Below, piece by piece: positions 1 through 13,864 of a stretch of DNA of 64,000 bases (positions within the stretch are counted from its first letter, which is position 1; every line of letters begins with the position of its first letter). The notes under the pieces are model-generated. The model was not told where the DNA came from. It saw only the letters and a program-made list of their open reading frames with translations, and ran no database searches. The translations under genes and the position numbers were made by a program. Source of the DNA: Lepidodermella squamata (lineage: Eukaryota; Animalia; Gastrotricha); NCBI GenBank assembly GCA_047495785.1, contig JBLDXI010000059.1, forward strand, positions 329,601 to 393,600, in the 5' to 3' direction.

Positions 1-695
1 TCGTTGAGCTCGAACATAGCTTGTTTGCCGCGCAGTTCGACCATCTTAGTCATCTTGTCGCCAAAGGCAGCCTTGATCGCAGTCGTTGATACAGCATCAG
101 TGTCGAAATTAGTCAGCACAATTCGGTATTTTGGCTTAGCAGTTTGAATGATTTTCGCACCAGAAATCTTTTCCAGACATCGGATCTGAGCCGCCTGTTC
201 GCTCGAATCGAGACGAATAGACAGCCCATCTGCTGTTGGTTTACAGCTCTTGAAGCTGGCGTTCGGTGCCGAAGCCACGATTTTAGACCAGAGTTGTTTC
301 CGGTCGCAGTTCGGAGTCGTTTGGAGTAGAACAGTAGTTCCGCTTGTTTTCTTAGGCGGTAGAATTGGCTTAACACGTTTTTCAACGATTGGTTCGGTTT
401 CGGTTGACTGATTCAGTTGGACAATCGGCTTAATCGGCCTTGTTTGGGTTGACTTATCGTCGCAGTTCCGTTCATGGATGATCCAGCGATTTTCTCCAAA
501 TTCATCAGCTTCCATCATATCGAGCAGGAAATCTCGTTCAGCCTGTTCGAGGTCGAGCAAGGAGGCATACGCCCTAATGATGCGGCTAATACTGGGTTTA
601 CCAATTTTTTCGATCTGTTTTGCTTTGTATTCCGGAAAGAAACCATGATAAAATTCCCATGCATATTTTTCAGCACCAGTCATTGTTGAAGCCAT
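1..695 (-). CDS. Partial ORF running off the window edge, resembles non-LTR retrotransposon ORF1 (gag-like)
   Basis: Manual translation from ATG at 695 is stop-free to base 1 (MASTMTGAEKYAWEF...TVLLQTTPNCDRKQLWSKI...KPKYRIVLTNFD...); absent from the ORF track because it is open-ended. Family assignment is by resemblance only. Confidence 0.4.
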   Translation of the reverse strand, partial: MASTMTGAEKYAWEFYHGFFPEYKAKQIEKIGKPSISRIIRAYASLLDLEQAERDFLLDMMEADEFGENRWIIHERNCDDKSTQTRPIKPIVQLNQSTETEPIVEKRVKPILPPKKTSGTTVLLQTTPNCDRKQLWSKIVASAPNASFKSCKPTADGLSIRLDSSEQAAQIRCLEKISGAKIIQTAKPKYRIVLTNFDTDAVSTTAIKAAFGDKMTKMVELRGKQAMFELN

Positions 696-1065
696 GCCAC
701 GTGGTTGAATCGATGAATGGGATTGCCACGCGCTCGTAGTAGTATCGATCGATGACGTACAGCTTGATGTTGAAGCAGCTTGTTGTTGGAAATATCTGAC
801 GAAGTTGGCGTATCGATAAAAACAGCAGCAGAAATTGTTTGAAAATAATCAAGAGTGCGCGTTCTAATAGACAGCACTCGGATTCGTAACGACAGTAACC
901 TCAGAAAATTTAATATTCAATCGCAGATACATCTAGCATACCTATGGTAGCTTCATACTGTCGATCTTAATGGGATTCTCTTGTATGACCCCACTCGAGA
1001 ATGCTCAACTTGTATTCCTGCCAATTAATTAGCATATGCACGCAACATATTCCATCCTAATTAGT

Positions 1066-1250
1066 CGGCCTACACCAGGCCTAGCGATGGGAAGGAAATT
1101 TATTAGGCCTAGCATCGGCCTACATCAAAATCCTTAGGCCGAAGCAAGGCCCAAGTGAATTACTGGACCCAGTGTAGGCCTAGTGATTCAGCTCAAGGCC
1201 TACCTTAGGCCTACCCGGCCTAGTGTAGGCCTAGCAGGTTTCATGTGGGA
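1066..1250. repeat. Cluster of AGGCCT(A) palindromic motifs, likely subterminal repeats of a degraded MITE
   Basis: About 10 GGCCTA/TAGGCC copies in ~185 bp. Confidence 0.4.
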
Positions 1251-3196
1251 CACGCAAGTCGAGCAAGGCGATTGGTCCGCATGCCAACCAATAAGCGGCC
1301 TGCGTGCCGCAGTATAAATACAGAAATACAATAACAATAAAATTAGGAGTTTTGGATAATTTCTGCCTGACTGTTATTTACTCGTTATTTCGAACCCGTG
1401 TGGTATCCGTACCGTGCCGGATAGTACACAATCGACCTTTACCCTCTCCCTTATAAACTGGCCAGTGCCTTTAATTAGTTTCAGCCTTCTAATATGAATT
1501 TTACGGTAATATGTTTTTACGGCAAAAACGGTAATATGGTTTCCGGTAATACGGTAACAAATTTGACTCGAAGTAGCCCCGACCTCGGTATGTCAGTTGC
1601 GAGCAGTAACTGAAGCATTATTCGTTACGTTGGTCTCAACCACCAAAAAAGCAGTTACCATCATAGATGATGACACGATGTCAGCATTTTCATCTATTGG
1701 AATATTTTATTGAGCGAAAAGCCGAAAGATACACAGCTTAACCCGGTTAACCCGGTGGGGCATTGCAGTGAGTTGTCTAGTATGTTACATTAAAAACGCA
1801 CGCTAACAATATTATCTAAATATAGGAGAGAAATGAAGGAAAATGAAAACGACTCTCATTGCATACATCATGGTAGAGCACAACACACAGACAAAAGTTA
1901 CAGTCTATAAGCGACGACGTGGTGATCAGCTCGGCACCGCAAACTCGTCCTGTCAGCGGCTGACCTCGAGGAGCTGCGCCGTCTGGAAGCGCCTTCTTCT
2001 CTGCCAACTGCATCAGCCGCCGAGGCTTCAAGCAGCCAGCCGATCGATCCTCCATTCAACCACCAAGGTGAAGCTGTCAGCAATCTTTGAATCTTTTTGC
2101 TGTCATTTTTGTTTTTTTTTCTTCCTGCCATTTATGTTATTTATGCCCTTTATTTCAATTATACAGCGCAGGAAGCAGATATTTTATACCTTGAACCTCG
2201 AATCAACATTTGAATATCGTCAATTGTTTTTCTGTTCAGTGGAAATTCTTAATGCCAGCAACAGCAGGTGCAATTTGATCATGTTGGGGCTAGAGTCCGA
2301 TACGTGCCCGTTCGCGATCTGGTGCGAGATCGCGCAGTGAAGCGGTGAAGTGGCGAGTAGACCCAAGGCTTATCTCTTGTCTCTACTGGCAAGAACAGGT
2401 GGCATCGATACAAAGCTAGATTTGTTCTAATTCGTTAAATTTGCAGTAGATTTCGCACGTTGTAGAGAAGCCCGCGCGCGGAGTAGCAAAGCGCCGTTTC
2501 CCTACAGCATACGGGCCGAATTCGGGTGTGGGCCCCGCCAATAACAAAGATAAATTTCGCCAGAGGACATCAGCATAAGAATAAGCAGCCAAAAAAAGGT
2601 TTACTATCATCCCATTACTATTATTTCTGCGTCGCCTGTGCGTGATTATTAATGTGCGAGCAGGCGAGTCGAGTGAGTCTAGCTCGAGAGTCGCTGTTTT
2701 CATTTTCACAAAATCGCGATACGCATTGAGTAGACAATAGATGCGAGAAATGTGGCTCCAATCGCATCGACTTCCATACCTGAACAAGGCAGCTCTGACC
2801 CTGAACCTTTCAGGAGATACATAGTTTCAAGTTTTTCCATTTTTCAAAATTCAGCGTTTGTTATTTCGCGAATAACTTCAAAACTGACGACACATGCGAT
2901 TTTTGCCAAATAAGGCGCTGGACGATTTTCCGACAACCTCTTAAAAATATGTGTTTTCAAAGTACCGTCTTGAAACGTTTTCTCGCCAACATTTTGTAAA
3001 ATGATTTCTCAATGAGCCTCGTCACTGGTTAATCTATGGTACCGTATGAACGGAAGTAATAAGGCAAAGCCCGAGGCACGATCGGCCGGAAAGCCAGCTC
3101 ATGGAAATTACAATTCTTTCTATCAAATTATTGAACGCAAATGGGTACAAATTTCTCTTTTTATTACTTCTCTGCAACGAGCATATTAACACAAAT

Positions 3197-3198
<2 letters not shown>

Positions 3199-3237
<39 letters not shown>
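3199..3237. repeat. (ATT)n microsatellite
   Basis: Direct reading. Confidence 0.9.
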
Positions 3238-4328
3238 CGTCATTACAGCGTACAGAAATTGAATAGAATGATAATATTATACACGATGAAATAGTCGCGT
3301 ATTGCAGTAAGTAATAATGATGATGATAATAGCAATGTTGCTTGCTTCAGATTTTGAATTGATTGACCGAAGGACAGCGCGGCTGGTAATATCTAAAAGA
3401 TGCGGCCTAATCAGTAGGAAAAACCAACTGCCCGGCCAAAGATGTCTCAAGATGCATTTAGCATCGATAATGAAACAATTATTTGCATTTTGTGCGATTG
3501 ATTTGTTGTGCGGCTTTTCAATACTTTACTACAGATTTTCGTGAAAAAATTTACTCCGAATCGTACAATCAAGTAAATGAAGAACAAAGTTACAAGAAGG
3601 CGCGGGAGGAGTCTTTGCCGAATATGTTTACAAAAACAAGTTGGAGAGAGGTGAGGGAAAAGACAGAATTTCCTGACACAGATCAAACACGTGAATTTTA
3701 CACAATGAGACACAACTTTTCTCGATCGATATAGGCCGAATAGCATGCAAACTTGAAGGCAGATTTTTTCACCATAAATCCATTTTAAAAGCAGAATTCA
3801 AGGGGCTGGTCGATGGAGCCACCTCGGTCAAGTCTCCACAAAAATGAGCAGTTAAGGCATAGAAATCGGTCTTGAAAAATGGTGATTTTGGAAAGGTTTT
3901 TCATCATTTTCTCTTTTCATTCATTTGCGATTTTTTAGTCACTGTTTTAGCACGGCGGTAAAAAGTCGTAGAAATTCTAGTATAATAACAATAATAATCA
4001 GAAACAGACACCGTTATCGTTTTGCTAAATAAATAATGAACAACAAACAAGCAGCAGTACGTGGGTAATTCACGTATTTATTGTTTTTCTCATAGCAAGA
4101 AGTTGAAGGAAATTCCATGGAAAACGAGGTGTGCGTGGGCTATATTTCTATAAAACCTCAATCGCAAGTGTGAGCACGAGACTAGAAAGTTTAGTCATCC
4201 AAATTGGTGCACGGTTCCCTACCTACTTCAGTTTCAAGGTTGTTACAGGTTAGCTTATTCACACCGAAATGACAAAATCGCGCACAAATTAAAGCTGCCG
4301 ATTTTAGTAAAAAAGAAGACATTTTTAT

Positions 4329-7300
4329 TTAAAATCCACCGCTTTCCGACGTTCCGGAACCGGGTAGACCGCCTGACCCCCGCGTCGAGCCCATAGTCTG
4401 ATCAGAGTGGTCATCATCGTCCTCTTCTTCCTCCTCCTCTTCGTCCTCGTTGTCATGCGTTTCACTGGGGTAGTTGGCCGGTTGGGCTGGAACGGGCGCG
4501 CCGGCCATTAAGGCGGCTACCACCTCTGCCGCCCCGACTCCCGACGCAACCATCCGTACGGCGGCAGCAGCCATAGCCTGGGCGTTAACAACCGCCTGGG
4601 CCTGTTGCTGGTCGTCGCTATCTTCATTCGACTCCTCGATGTCCTCGTCATCGCCGTCCTCAGAGGCCGCCCCATCGTCGTCTTCGTCACCCTCCGACGA
4701 CAACCCACTCGGGTTGGTCTCAACAACCATGGCCTCATCGTGCGAGGACCCGTCCATCGACGAAAGGTTCGGAATCTTATTGTTATTATTTCCAATTGTC
4801 GCATAATTATTATTTTGCTGTGATTGGTTGTGGTTGTTGGTCTGATTGCCTTGCATCAAGGAGGATTTTCGCGACAAGGCAGCCATGTCGGCTTCATCCG
4901 AGCAGCAGCACTCAGACGTAGTCCAAACGTGGACGAGCGTGTCGTCGGAGCAAGTCGCGAGCATAGAACACATGGTCGGGTTCCAGTGAACGCAGTTCAC
5001 CGGCTTGGAATGACCCTCAAGCACTGTCACGGGATCTTCAAAATTTCGATGCCAGATTCGGACGAGGCCATCTAAAACATAGAAACAATAATTATCCTCC
5101 ACTTTCTTAGCCTACAATTTGAATTTAAAAACTGCTCAATTTAAAATATCAGTGGTGACCATAAAGAAAGGAATGACCAGAGTTGCCAAAGTTAAAATGC
5201 AAACGTTTCTACGTCGGTATGACCGGAAGAACTGAAAAATACGTTAATCAGCATCAAATTCATACTCTTTTCCGCGGCAAATTTTTTTATTTTCTTTGAT
5301 GCATCTCCAATTTTTCTTCAACTAGTAGGAATCGTACTTGTTCGAATATATGAGGATTAGCGCTGTCGAACAAGCCCAAAATCGTTCGTTTAAGATTGAC
5401 CGATTTGGGGATATGATGGAAATTCTGAAGACTTCTTACTTTTGTTTCCCAAATCGCACTATTGTTATAACTTCAATAGCGATCGCTCGGCAAAATTAGA
5501 GCCCAACGATAGCCCTCGAATCACGCTATCAACTGGCATCAAGAATAACTTATTATCAAACGGTGTCCATGATTGAATAAAACAAATTGCTGCGGAAAGA
5601 AGTACCGTCCCAAGAACTTTAGCCTTGAACCAGGCCTTGAACATCAAGGCACATGCAAAAATGGCGACACTAACTAAGCCATCAAGTGTAAACATTAAAA
5701 TTAGCGCTACGAATACAACGGCAAACACCAAATACTACGCATCGATTCTCAACAAAAAGTGACTATTTCCAAGTAAAATCTGCTGAAGATAATTTAATAT
5801 CTAAACTTAAGCCTTGAATGCCTCTTGGACCAAGAAATCACGGTCAAAGTAGAATTAAATGCTGACGATGAACCTTAATTCGAATATTATTTATTATTTA
5901 TACCTTCTAGTTGCGATGTACTCTAAACCGGGTCTATCGTCCAATGCCTAACTTGATTTAAGACGGCAATTCTAACCGGTTTTGTTTTAAGCATGATTGC
6001 TAGTGCGCGCTCATTTTTGTTGGCCCTATTGTCTTCTAAGGCGAATGGGCTATCTTTTGACGCCCCGCGCGTTACTGTGACACCCGCGGTTACGCAATGA
6101 TCAGCTGATGAATAGAATGGGGAAGCAGACTAGCGTTCAAGAAGATGATAAGGACACGGAGAAAGAAACTGCGGCAACGAGGGCGATAGCGACAGCGAAT
6201 TCGAGCTTAGTTACAACGACGCAGATGATAATTTTTCATCTGATGAATAAAGATGTGATAAAGGTGTTGAAGTGATGATTTGAGATTTCAGGATAAATAA
6301 TAGCCTGTCTTGATTAAAAGAATCGAATAATAGCTCGATTTTTCCCACTATTTTTGAATACGGAAACGAAATATATTCCATACAACACGGTATTCAAGAG
6401 CATCAACACAATAAAACAAGCAACTTCTTAGAAGTGAAAAGAGGTCGAATAACGAGCTGTAAGTTTAGTCTAAGAACAGACAGTTCCTTTTCCTAGGCTG
6501 CAATCATTTTGCGGTTAAAGCCACCCAAACACAGCGCGAAGGGGGTATTCATTATCTATAGATGGAAGTTGTCAGTCGGACTTTTAAATGTTAAATTCAC
6601 TAAAAATCTGTCCGTTATAACGCAAGTCTGGCCTGTTGCAACCATTTGTATGTAAAACGCTGGTCCGCGCCACGAGCCAAGCAAAATGGTCCTTAACGTA
6701 AAACAACTGTGCTTACTTGCCATCTTTAATAGTTTGTGAACAAAAATGAGACACAGGAAACGATGTGCGCTTAAAAGACAACAGATGCTGAGATAGCTCT
6801 TTGGTGCGGCTATTTCTCGACTTGATTAGCACAAGAACGCACAAGTGACTGAAATTACTAATGCGTGAAGAGCGCCGATGACAGGCAAGTTTTTGAAGTT
6901 ACAAACGACTAGTGACTAATAGAGATGGATTCGAAGCTTGCTCATGAACATAAACGAAAACGTTCTGGTAGACAAACCGTATGGAAAAGTGTTGATAATC
7001 GCATAAGCTGACACACCACAGCAAAAAGCAGCGGATTTACAATAAAAAAAAACGCGTAAAAGCTGCATCTGCCTATGAGAAGTATAGTTCAGTCATTTTG
7101 GAAGTTGAGAAGAATTTGGTGAATAAATTTTGCGACTGTTTTAGTTCTTTTGGGAAGCTTGTTTCCTGGTTATAATTTTTTCCGCTTAGTTTCGAGTCCA
7201 TCCCTGTTAGTCCCAAGGCATAAGAGCTATCACATTCTAAACCATAATATTAGCCCTGTAATACCATTGATTTTCACCTCATTTTTACACACATGCGCGA

Positions 7301-10300
7301 CAGTTTTTTCACGGAGGTACTCAGATGCTTACCATTCCGAAGGCGGCGTTAAATGCCACGAAGTTAACGAAAATCGTATACCGAATATATCGAATTAGAA
7401 GGCAGAACCAAAATAATTGGCAGTCCCGTTTATAAGGCATCGAGGTCAATCATTTAAAACACAGGGCAGGGCCCGATTTCAAGGCAGGGACCATATTATG
7501 TGCACGTCTCAAGTGGTACCCCGCAGCTTCCTAAGGGTTACAACGCGTGAATCGCACGAATGCTCATTTTAATCCACTTAATACTATCCTTATAGTCATA
7601 ACAACGCTTAAAGAGGCGAAAGAGGGCGATTTCTAGTGCTTTTGGCTTGAAAACTGGTGTACAACAGCTCATAGGGCAGAGCCGAAATGAAGGGCAGGAT
7701 TATGAGGTAGGGGTTACGGGCTGATAAATAAAATTGGTGAGGTAAAATCTGTCGCCCAAAAAGGTAAAAGTTCGCCCCATTTGTGTCGCCCAAAAATAAA
7801 TAAAGTCGCCCTCATTGCGCGATCGCCGCACTAATCCACCTTAATCCGCCCCTTAAGGCGAAAGGCTGCACCTGACTGATAATCAGTCGCCTTGAAATAT
7901 AAAACGTCGCCCCGTTAAAATAAGAAAATCGCAAATGTGATGATGATGCCTATTAGCCGCACCTCTATTCCTTCATTTGGTATCAGTATAACATCGGCTG
8001 AACCGGTATTTGAACCAAAATACCTATCACCTGGGTAACAGCGCGGACGATTTATTGGGACACTTTGGCTATCTGAGTAGTAAAGCAATAGCCGTAAAAG
8101 CAATGGCCGTAAAAGCAATAGCCTCTAATGCTTGAGCGGGGACATAATATGTCATATTATTAGGACATAAGACACTTACCAATCGTCCACCGGCCAGGTT
8201 TTGGGGCGGCTTTATGTTCAAGGCATGCTTATTACAAGCCGAACAAAGCGTGGAAGCTTTGGTAGGGTCTCTTCAAGCATTTTATTACTACTTGCACACC
8301 GCGTTGAAGTTCACACACCCGCTGCGCCCCTCGCACGCCTGTCGAAGGTTGTTGCAAGCTCGCCGCGTTAAAGCGACTTGCCGGGGATCAAGGAATTATC
8401 TGCGTTCGAGTGTTTACACGCCGGATAAGCTACGTTTGAATGACTCGATGTCCGGTCACTAAACTGGGCCGCTAAGATCACAACGCGCAACATGCAGTTA
8501 CTACCTGTAATAAATAGGAACTAACTTGGCTGTTCAGTTTGTCTAACAGCTATTAGAATTATAATGCTATTTAAGAGCTAAGACCTATTACGAATAGCGA
8601 TCGTTATCAGATCGCTCAACGACAACTAACCTATAACGCTTGGAGGAATAGACACTATTACTCCAAGCTATAACGTGTAGTGTTATAAGCTTGGAGGAAT
8701 GTACTAATACTCCAAGTGCTATGGTAGACCGTGCTATTAGGTACTATCGCCCATCAGCTGCTATCATCAACGTCTTATTCGAACATTTCATATTTGATAT
8801 CAGTGCTTCGCAAACTTTTTTCACCATCGGCATTTTTGGCGGCCGGAAAGCCTTAACTCCGGCCACAATTTTGGCTGAAAATAGTGCAAAACAAGCTGAT
8901 TTTCGGGTTTTGATCGTGCGAAACTAAGGCATCCGGCCGCGTTCCAGCAATTATTTGAGAAACTGCCCAGCCGGCCGCGGCCGGAAAAAAATCCGAGTTT
9001 GCGGAGCACTGATTTAAATGAAAAATGAGCTAAAAGCCGCCCAAGTTGAATAAATGAAATTGGGCGGTGGTTTAACCAACGAGGGCGACTTTGTTTACTT
9101 TGAGGGCCTCTTCAAAATGAGGGCGCGCGTATTTAAAACGAGGGCGCGCTATTATTAAATGAGGGCTGAGATTAAACGAGGGCGAACTTTTACCTTTTAG
9201 GGCGGCAGATTTTATTTTACCGAAATAAAATTATAAGGCAGAACCTTCTAAATCGGTATAAACGGTATATGAGTGCGGAGATGGCCGTGACAAATTAATA
9301 AGCGGTTTTAAATCGGCGCACAATAATTCACCCAAGTAATTCACGCCCTCGCGCGCCGAACTAAAGCGTGTTACCAATGATAAGCGTCCCGCGCACCTGT
9401 TGGGCACCATAATTTGTCACCTGCGATCCTCACAAGCTCATTTAATTTAGTGGTTTTTGCCGTCATTCATAAAGTATGGCGCGTAAAGAAAGAGAGGAGA
9501 GGGAGAGAAGATAAGCTATTCATTGTCCAACCCAGAAAATTTAGTAATACTTAGCAACTATCAAATGACAAATCTCAAAAAATCAGGCGAATCTTCTTTC
9601 TGAACTTGACCGGAATTTCTTGGGCACCTTGCAACTTTTTCCGCCCGTCAACGATATATTCAGGTGCTCCTCTTGTTTTGGAACAATACATGTTTAAGCA
9701 TGGTCTAATTAATTTGATGGGGCGCGTTACCCTTTGAAATATCGCTCAACTCGAAGGGTTAATCCTCAATGCCATGATTGTCCCATGACGGTTTTAGCAA
9801 GGGTTAAAATAGCATTGAACCAAACGTTGGCAGATTCGAAATTCACCCGGCCCTTAAATCGATAATATGCCTAATTCAAGTCAGGTTTGCATCCAGTAAA
9901 GCAGTTTTCCACTTTTCCTTATGCCTCCGCTGTTAGGCGCCGGAGTGTTGAATCATTGAAAGTAGTACAAGGAGTTTCATTCTCGGGGTTTTGCTGTGAT
10001 CAGAGTTGGAATTCTGAAGTATAAATCTCGGTATAAACCGGTAGCATGACGGCGAGGTATATATCGGTATAAACTACCAACAATAACCACTAGTAGTACC
10101 AGTGAAAACCTCGGTAGCAGTTTTGCGATAATGACTGAAGGGAACGACTGAGCGAAGAAAACTTTTCAGATAAATCCTTCCTCGTGATAAATGTTAACCT
10201 CAAATTGCGTATCAATATGCGTCGCCCGCATGCCAACAGTAAAAAGCTAGCCACAATATCAGGTAATGATGGCAGAGAAATCCCAGAGTGAGCCACTCAT

Positions 10301-12560
10301 TTGATGAGCGAATAAAAATCGCGAAAATCGCATTTAAGCACATATGTAAATACATATAAGTTAACATATCGTCAAAAAAGCCAGCTTAACAATAACAAAC
10401 GAAACGATTCTATGCTTCAAGATTTTAGCTTCAGTGATTGAGGTCATTCCTTCCCCTAATGATTTAAACGTTCAAGAAAAATACCCTCAGATCCGCTTGC
10501 AACGAAGTCTTCGTTATGGCCACCGAATGTGGAGTAGATAGCGAGGTTGGCTTGAACGAAGCCGAATAGCTTTCGTATCAGGTGTTTTTCGCGGAGATCC
10601 CACAAATGCACACCGTTTTCTGCAATATTAACAGCAGCGTAGCGACCGTCCAGTGTTAGACTGAAAGACAATATTCGCTGGTCTTCCTTAATGCTACACA
10701 AAAAAGCGAACTTAAAATTTCAGATATTATGAATAATAGAGAAATTACAGCTGTTTGTCGGACCGGTCGTCGAAATTGAACAACCTCAGGCGAGAATGAG
10801 TGTCAGCGATAACAACGGAAGCATGGGTACCCGGCATCCACGCAATGTCTTGCAAACGAATACCTTCGATTTGTTTGACAACAGTTCCATTCAAGTCGCA
10901 GAGGTACAGCTGACCGCGAATTCCTCCAGTGGCGAATAAATCGCCAGTAGGCCCAACAAAGCAGCCGTACGTCAGACTGTCATCGCCGTTGATATTCGTT
11001 TTAAGGCGGACGGTCATCAACTGCACGTCGAAGACCATCACCTCTGTGCAGTCGTCAACACCACATGCCAAAACGAGTCGGCTGTCAGGGCTCCACGCCA
11101 CGTAGCTTATTGGCCGCCACTCACGGGAGCAGTGGCGCGTTAACTGGTGAGTTTCCTAGAAGATAATCACATAACGTTATTACGATTACTAGCAAACACA
11201 TTATTTTTTGCGCCTCATCGCTCTATAATATCAGACTGTGCATATTTGCCAGACGCTTTTTGCGCGGCGGGGTACGGTATATGGTAAATAAAAAGGCGGC
11301 AAACGCTCCGCAAACAGGCCCAAAAATCAGCGCGGTATAATATTTCACGTACGGTTTACAACAAACCTTATTAACGTTCCATATGATTAGATAGCGATCT
11401 CTCGAGCCAGTGGCAAGAAATTTGCCGTCAGGCGAAAACTTGAGATGTAATACTTCATCACAATGGTCAGTCAAGGTTTGCTTCAATGTACAAGGTAGAC
11501 GCTCCCTAAATCGACACGGCAATTCTCATCTTAATGAAGCTATTGCACCAAGAACTTACTTTGAGCATTTATGATCAGATAGCAGTGATATTGAATCAAC
11601 AGAATCGTAGAGTTTTGTATTGTGAAATCGGCACTGTTTTCGTTGGCTCTCTACGGCTTGAGCTAACAGGTTTCGTAGCCGAGCGGGTGGAAGCATCATA
11701 CACTCCGGAAGAAAGCCCTGAATTTTATCCACAACTTGCTGTCTGTTTTCTCGACATCGGCCAGATAAACCGATATGTTTCCGCAGCAAATCGGGCGGTA
11801 CGAAGAACGATCTAATAAATCAGAATTATTTTACTAAACACAAATAATAAAGAGATGATTTGACTCACATGCTCAGCTGTTGCAACCGCTGGGCATCACA
11901 GTTCATACAAGAAAGCTCGGATCGCAAGCATGCTAATGCTTTCGAAAACTTTCCCTCGTCGAGAAGTTCTAGGAATTTCTGCTCCAGTATGGCAAACTTC
12001 ACCTTCTAGAGATAAACAATGTCATAAGTAATCACACCAATTAGTGAGTTCAGAACCATACTTGGTATGCAGATGCATCGCTGAGGTTATTCTTTAGGTT
12101 TTGGAGCTCACTGATTGCCTGTTAAAATAAAAATATAAACATTGGCTACAAGCCAACAGGCAAATGCCAACCTGTTCCCAATTGCCACTGAGAACGGAAA
12201 CACGAAACCTCGATATCAATGGATTTTCAAAATGGAAGCCCGACTCTTCCACCAGCTCTTCTGCTGTTCTCCTGAAAAAATTTACGATGCAATTACGGCA
12301 AGGGTTGAATAAAAAACTAACTCGAAGCCAAGATCACGCAATGCTTGACCGATCAAACGAATGAGCTCTTGCTGACGCTCACTGAGCACTAATCCATTCT
12401 TACGAATTTTCGTAAGATTTTTTGTAGCTATATGCTTTGGTGCTTTGATTATTGGAGCATATTCCACGGTATCATCCTCGGAACCATTGTTGGCCTCGTG
12501 AGTTCCGTTGTGATGATCATTATTGGAATGCACGCCACCACCATTTCTGCAGTTTTGCAT
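4329..12560 (-). CDS. WDR26: WD repeat-containing protein 26 (GID7, CTLH E3 complex subunit). Exons 12560-12322, 12271-12172, 12118-12062, 12005-11869, 11811-11560, 11505-11367, 11155-10749, 10693-10485, 5071-4329
   Basis: All junctions are GT-AG and phase-compatible. LisH (QELIRLIGQALRDLGFERTAEELVEESG), CTLH (FRVSVLSGNWEQA; ILEQKFLELL), MLPPARLRNLLAQA, and WD40 repeats ([63 protein letters not shown]). Confidence 0.93.
8639..8667. mobile_element. 29-bp hairpin micro-insertion (CTTG...CAAG) with 8-bp TSD
   Basis: ctataacg|cttggaggaatagacactattactccaag|ctataacg. Confidence 0.75.
8690..8716. repeat. Second, degenerate copy of the CTTG...CAAG hairpin micro-element
   Basis: cttggaggaatgtactaatactccaag; TSD decayed. 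Confidence 0.55.
8801..9011. mobile_element. Small hAT-like MITE nested in the Mutator-like element
   Basis: TIR cagtgcttcgcaaact / agtttgcggagcactg; TSD imperfect. Confidence 0.5.
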
Positions 12561-13105
12561 GTTTCGAGTGCTTCTGTTACGCTTTCGTGAAGGTAGAGAA
12601 GACTTAGGAGGCGACTCGCTGTCACCTCCGGGCTGCGAAGATGATGGTAGAGATACGGCTTCCAGAATGACGAATACACCTCGTGTGGCCGGGTGTAGAA
12701 ATTAAGCCACACGTTACGATAATAAAAATGGACGAAAATGTGTGTTCCGTAAAGATTCACCACGACAGGCAAACAGATTCGGATTCACTGACGCAAGATA
12801 GTATGCTAAGAAATTCACTAACGAAACGCTAACATGCGAGTACAAAAAACGCACTTGCATCAAGGCTTGAACGAAACAAAGCACAAAGAGCGAAAAAACT
12901 GAAAGAGGAACTTTTTCGCAAGCGAACAAGTACATTTAATTTCCATTTGGATTTTCATGTAAGCAGCAAAATTCAAAATTCGAATGGCTTGCTGCAAAAT
13001 ATTAAATTTAACATACGTAAAGAACAAATAACAGACCTTATAATTCCTGTCATTTTTCCGTCCCACGACGTGACTTTTTCGTGAATCGAAGACCTCAGGT
13101 GTTAT

Positions 13106-13747
13106 GCCGTAAGGTATTCCGGGATAGCCCCAATGTATAGTATACATCGTGTATAGCGCGCACTTGTATACTATACAACCGTATACTATACAGCGTGTAT
13201 ACTATACATGTATACTATACAACCATGGAGTGCGCACTAGATGCTTGTATACCATACATGTATACTATACAAGTTGCAACTTCTTGAGCGCGCTTCTATG
13301 CAATCTACGCGCACTCTACACAAGAAACAGCTTTTTAAAGCTCCTGTAATCAAGTATTTTCGAGCCAATCAAATTATTACTCTTCTAGACATGTCCCTCA
13401 GTCAACAGTCTGGCCACAATTCAATTTGGCTGTAAAATTCATACCTAATTTTCCCGAAGCTGAATGCTAAACGCTTGTTCATAGAGCCTAGAGCAACTAC
13501 CGATTTATCTAAATTCGAATGTTAAGCAGGGGGTCATGCTTCTACCAACATGATCTGCATTTTAGGTTTGAAAACGGCCGTAAATTTGACGTACTTGTAT
13601 GGTATACAAGTGCGCGCGCGCATCCGCAGCTTGTATAGTATACATGTATAGTATACACGCTGTATAGTATACGGTTGTATAGTATACAAGTGCGCGCTAT
13701 ACACGATGTATACTATACATTGGGGCTATCCCGGAATACCTTACGGC
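13106..13747. mobile_element. Young non-autonomous DNA transposon with ~115-bp perfect TIRs built of TATACTATAC units
   Basis: TIR gccgtaaggtattccgggatagccccaatg... matched at both ends; 8-bp TSD ggtgttat (13098-13105, 13748-13755); about 550 bp upstream of the WDR26 ATG. Confidence 0.88.
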
Positions 13748-13864
13748 GGTGTTATGCTGCCATAGCCAGTTTTCCTTTGTAACTTCGGCGTTTGACTCTA
13801 GTCATTGATCGTTGATTAGTTTAGATTTCCTTTACACTTTTCGAGATGTCTTAGCTCGTTTTTA

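Larger units (their letters stand above)
7735..9222. mobile_element. Non-autonomous Mutator-like TIR element in WDR26 intron 8
   Basis: Imperfect TIRs (ggtgaggtaaaatctgtcgcccaaaaaggtaaaagttcgccc / gggcgaacttttaccttttagggcggcagattttattttacc), subterminal GAGGGCG repeats, 9-bp TSD aaataaaat (7726-7734, 9223-9231). Confidence 0.65.

Noticed and set aside
5465-5731. Hydrophobic 88-aa ORF in the WDR26 intron
   Set aside because: Non-ATG start and no motif; likely a shadow of decayed repeat sequence.
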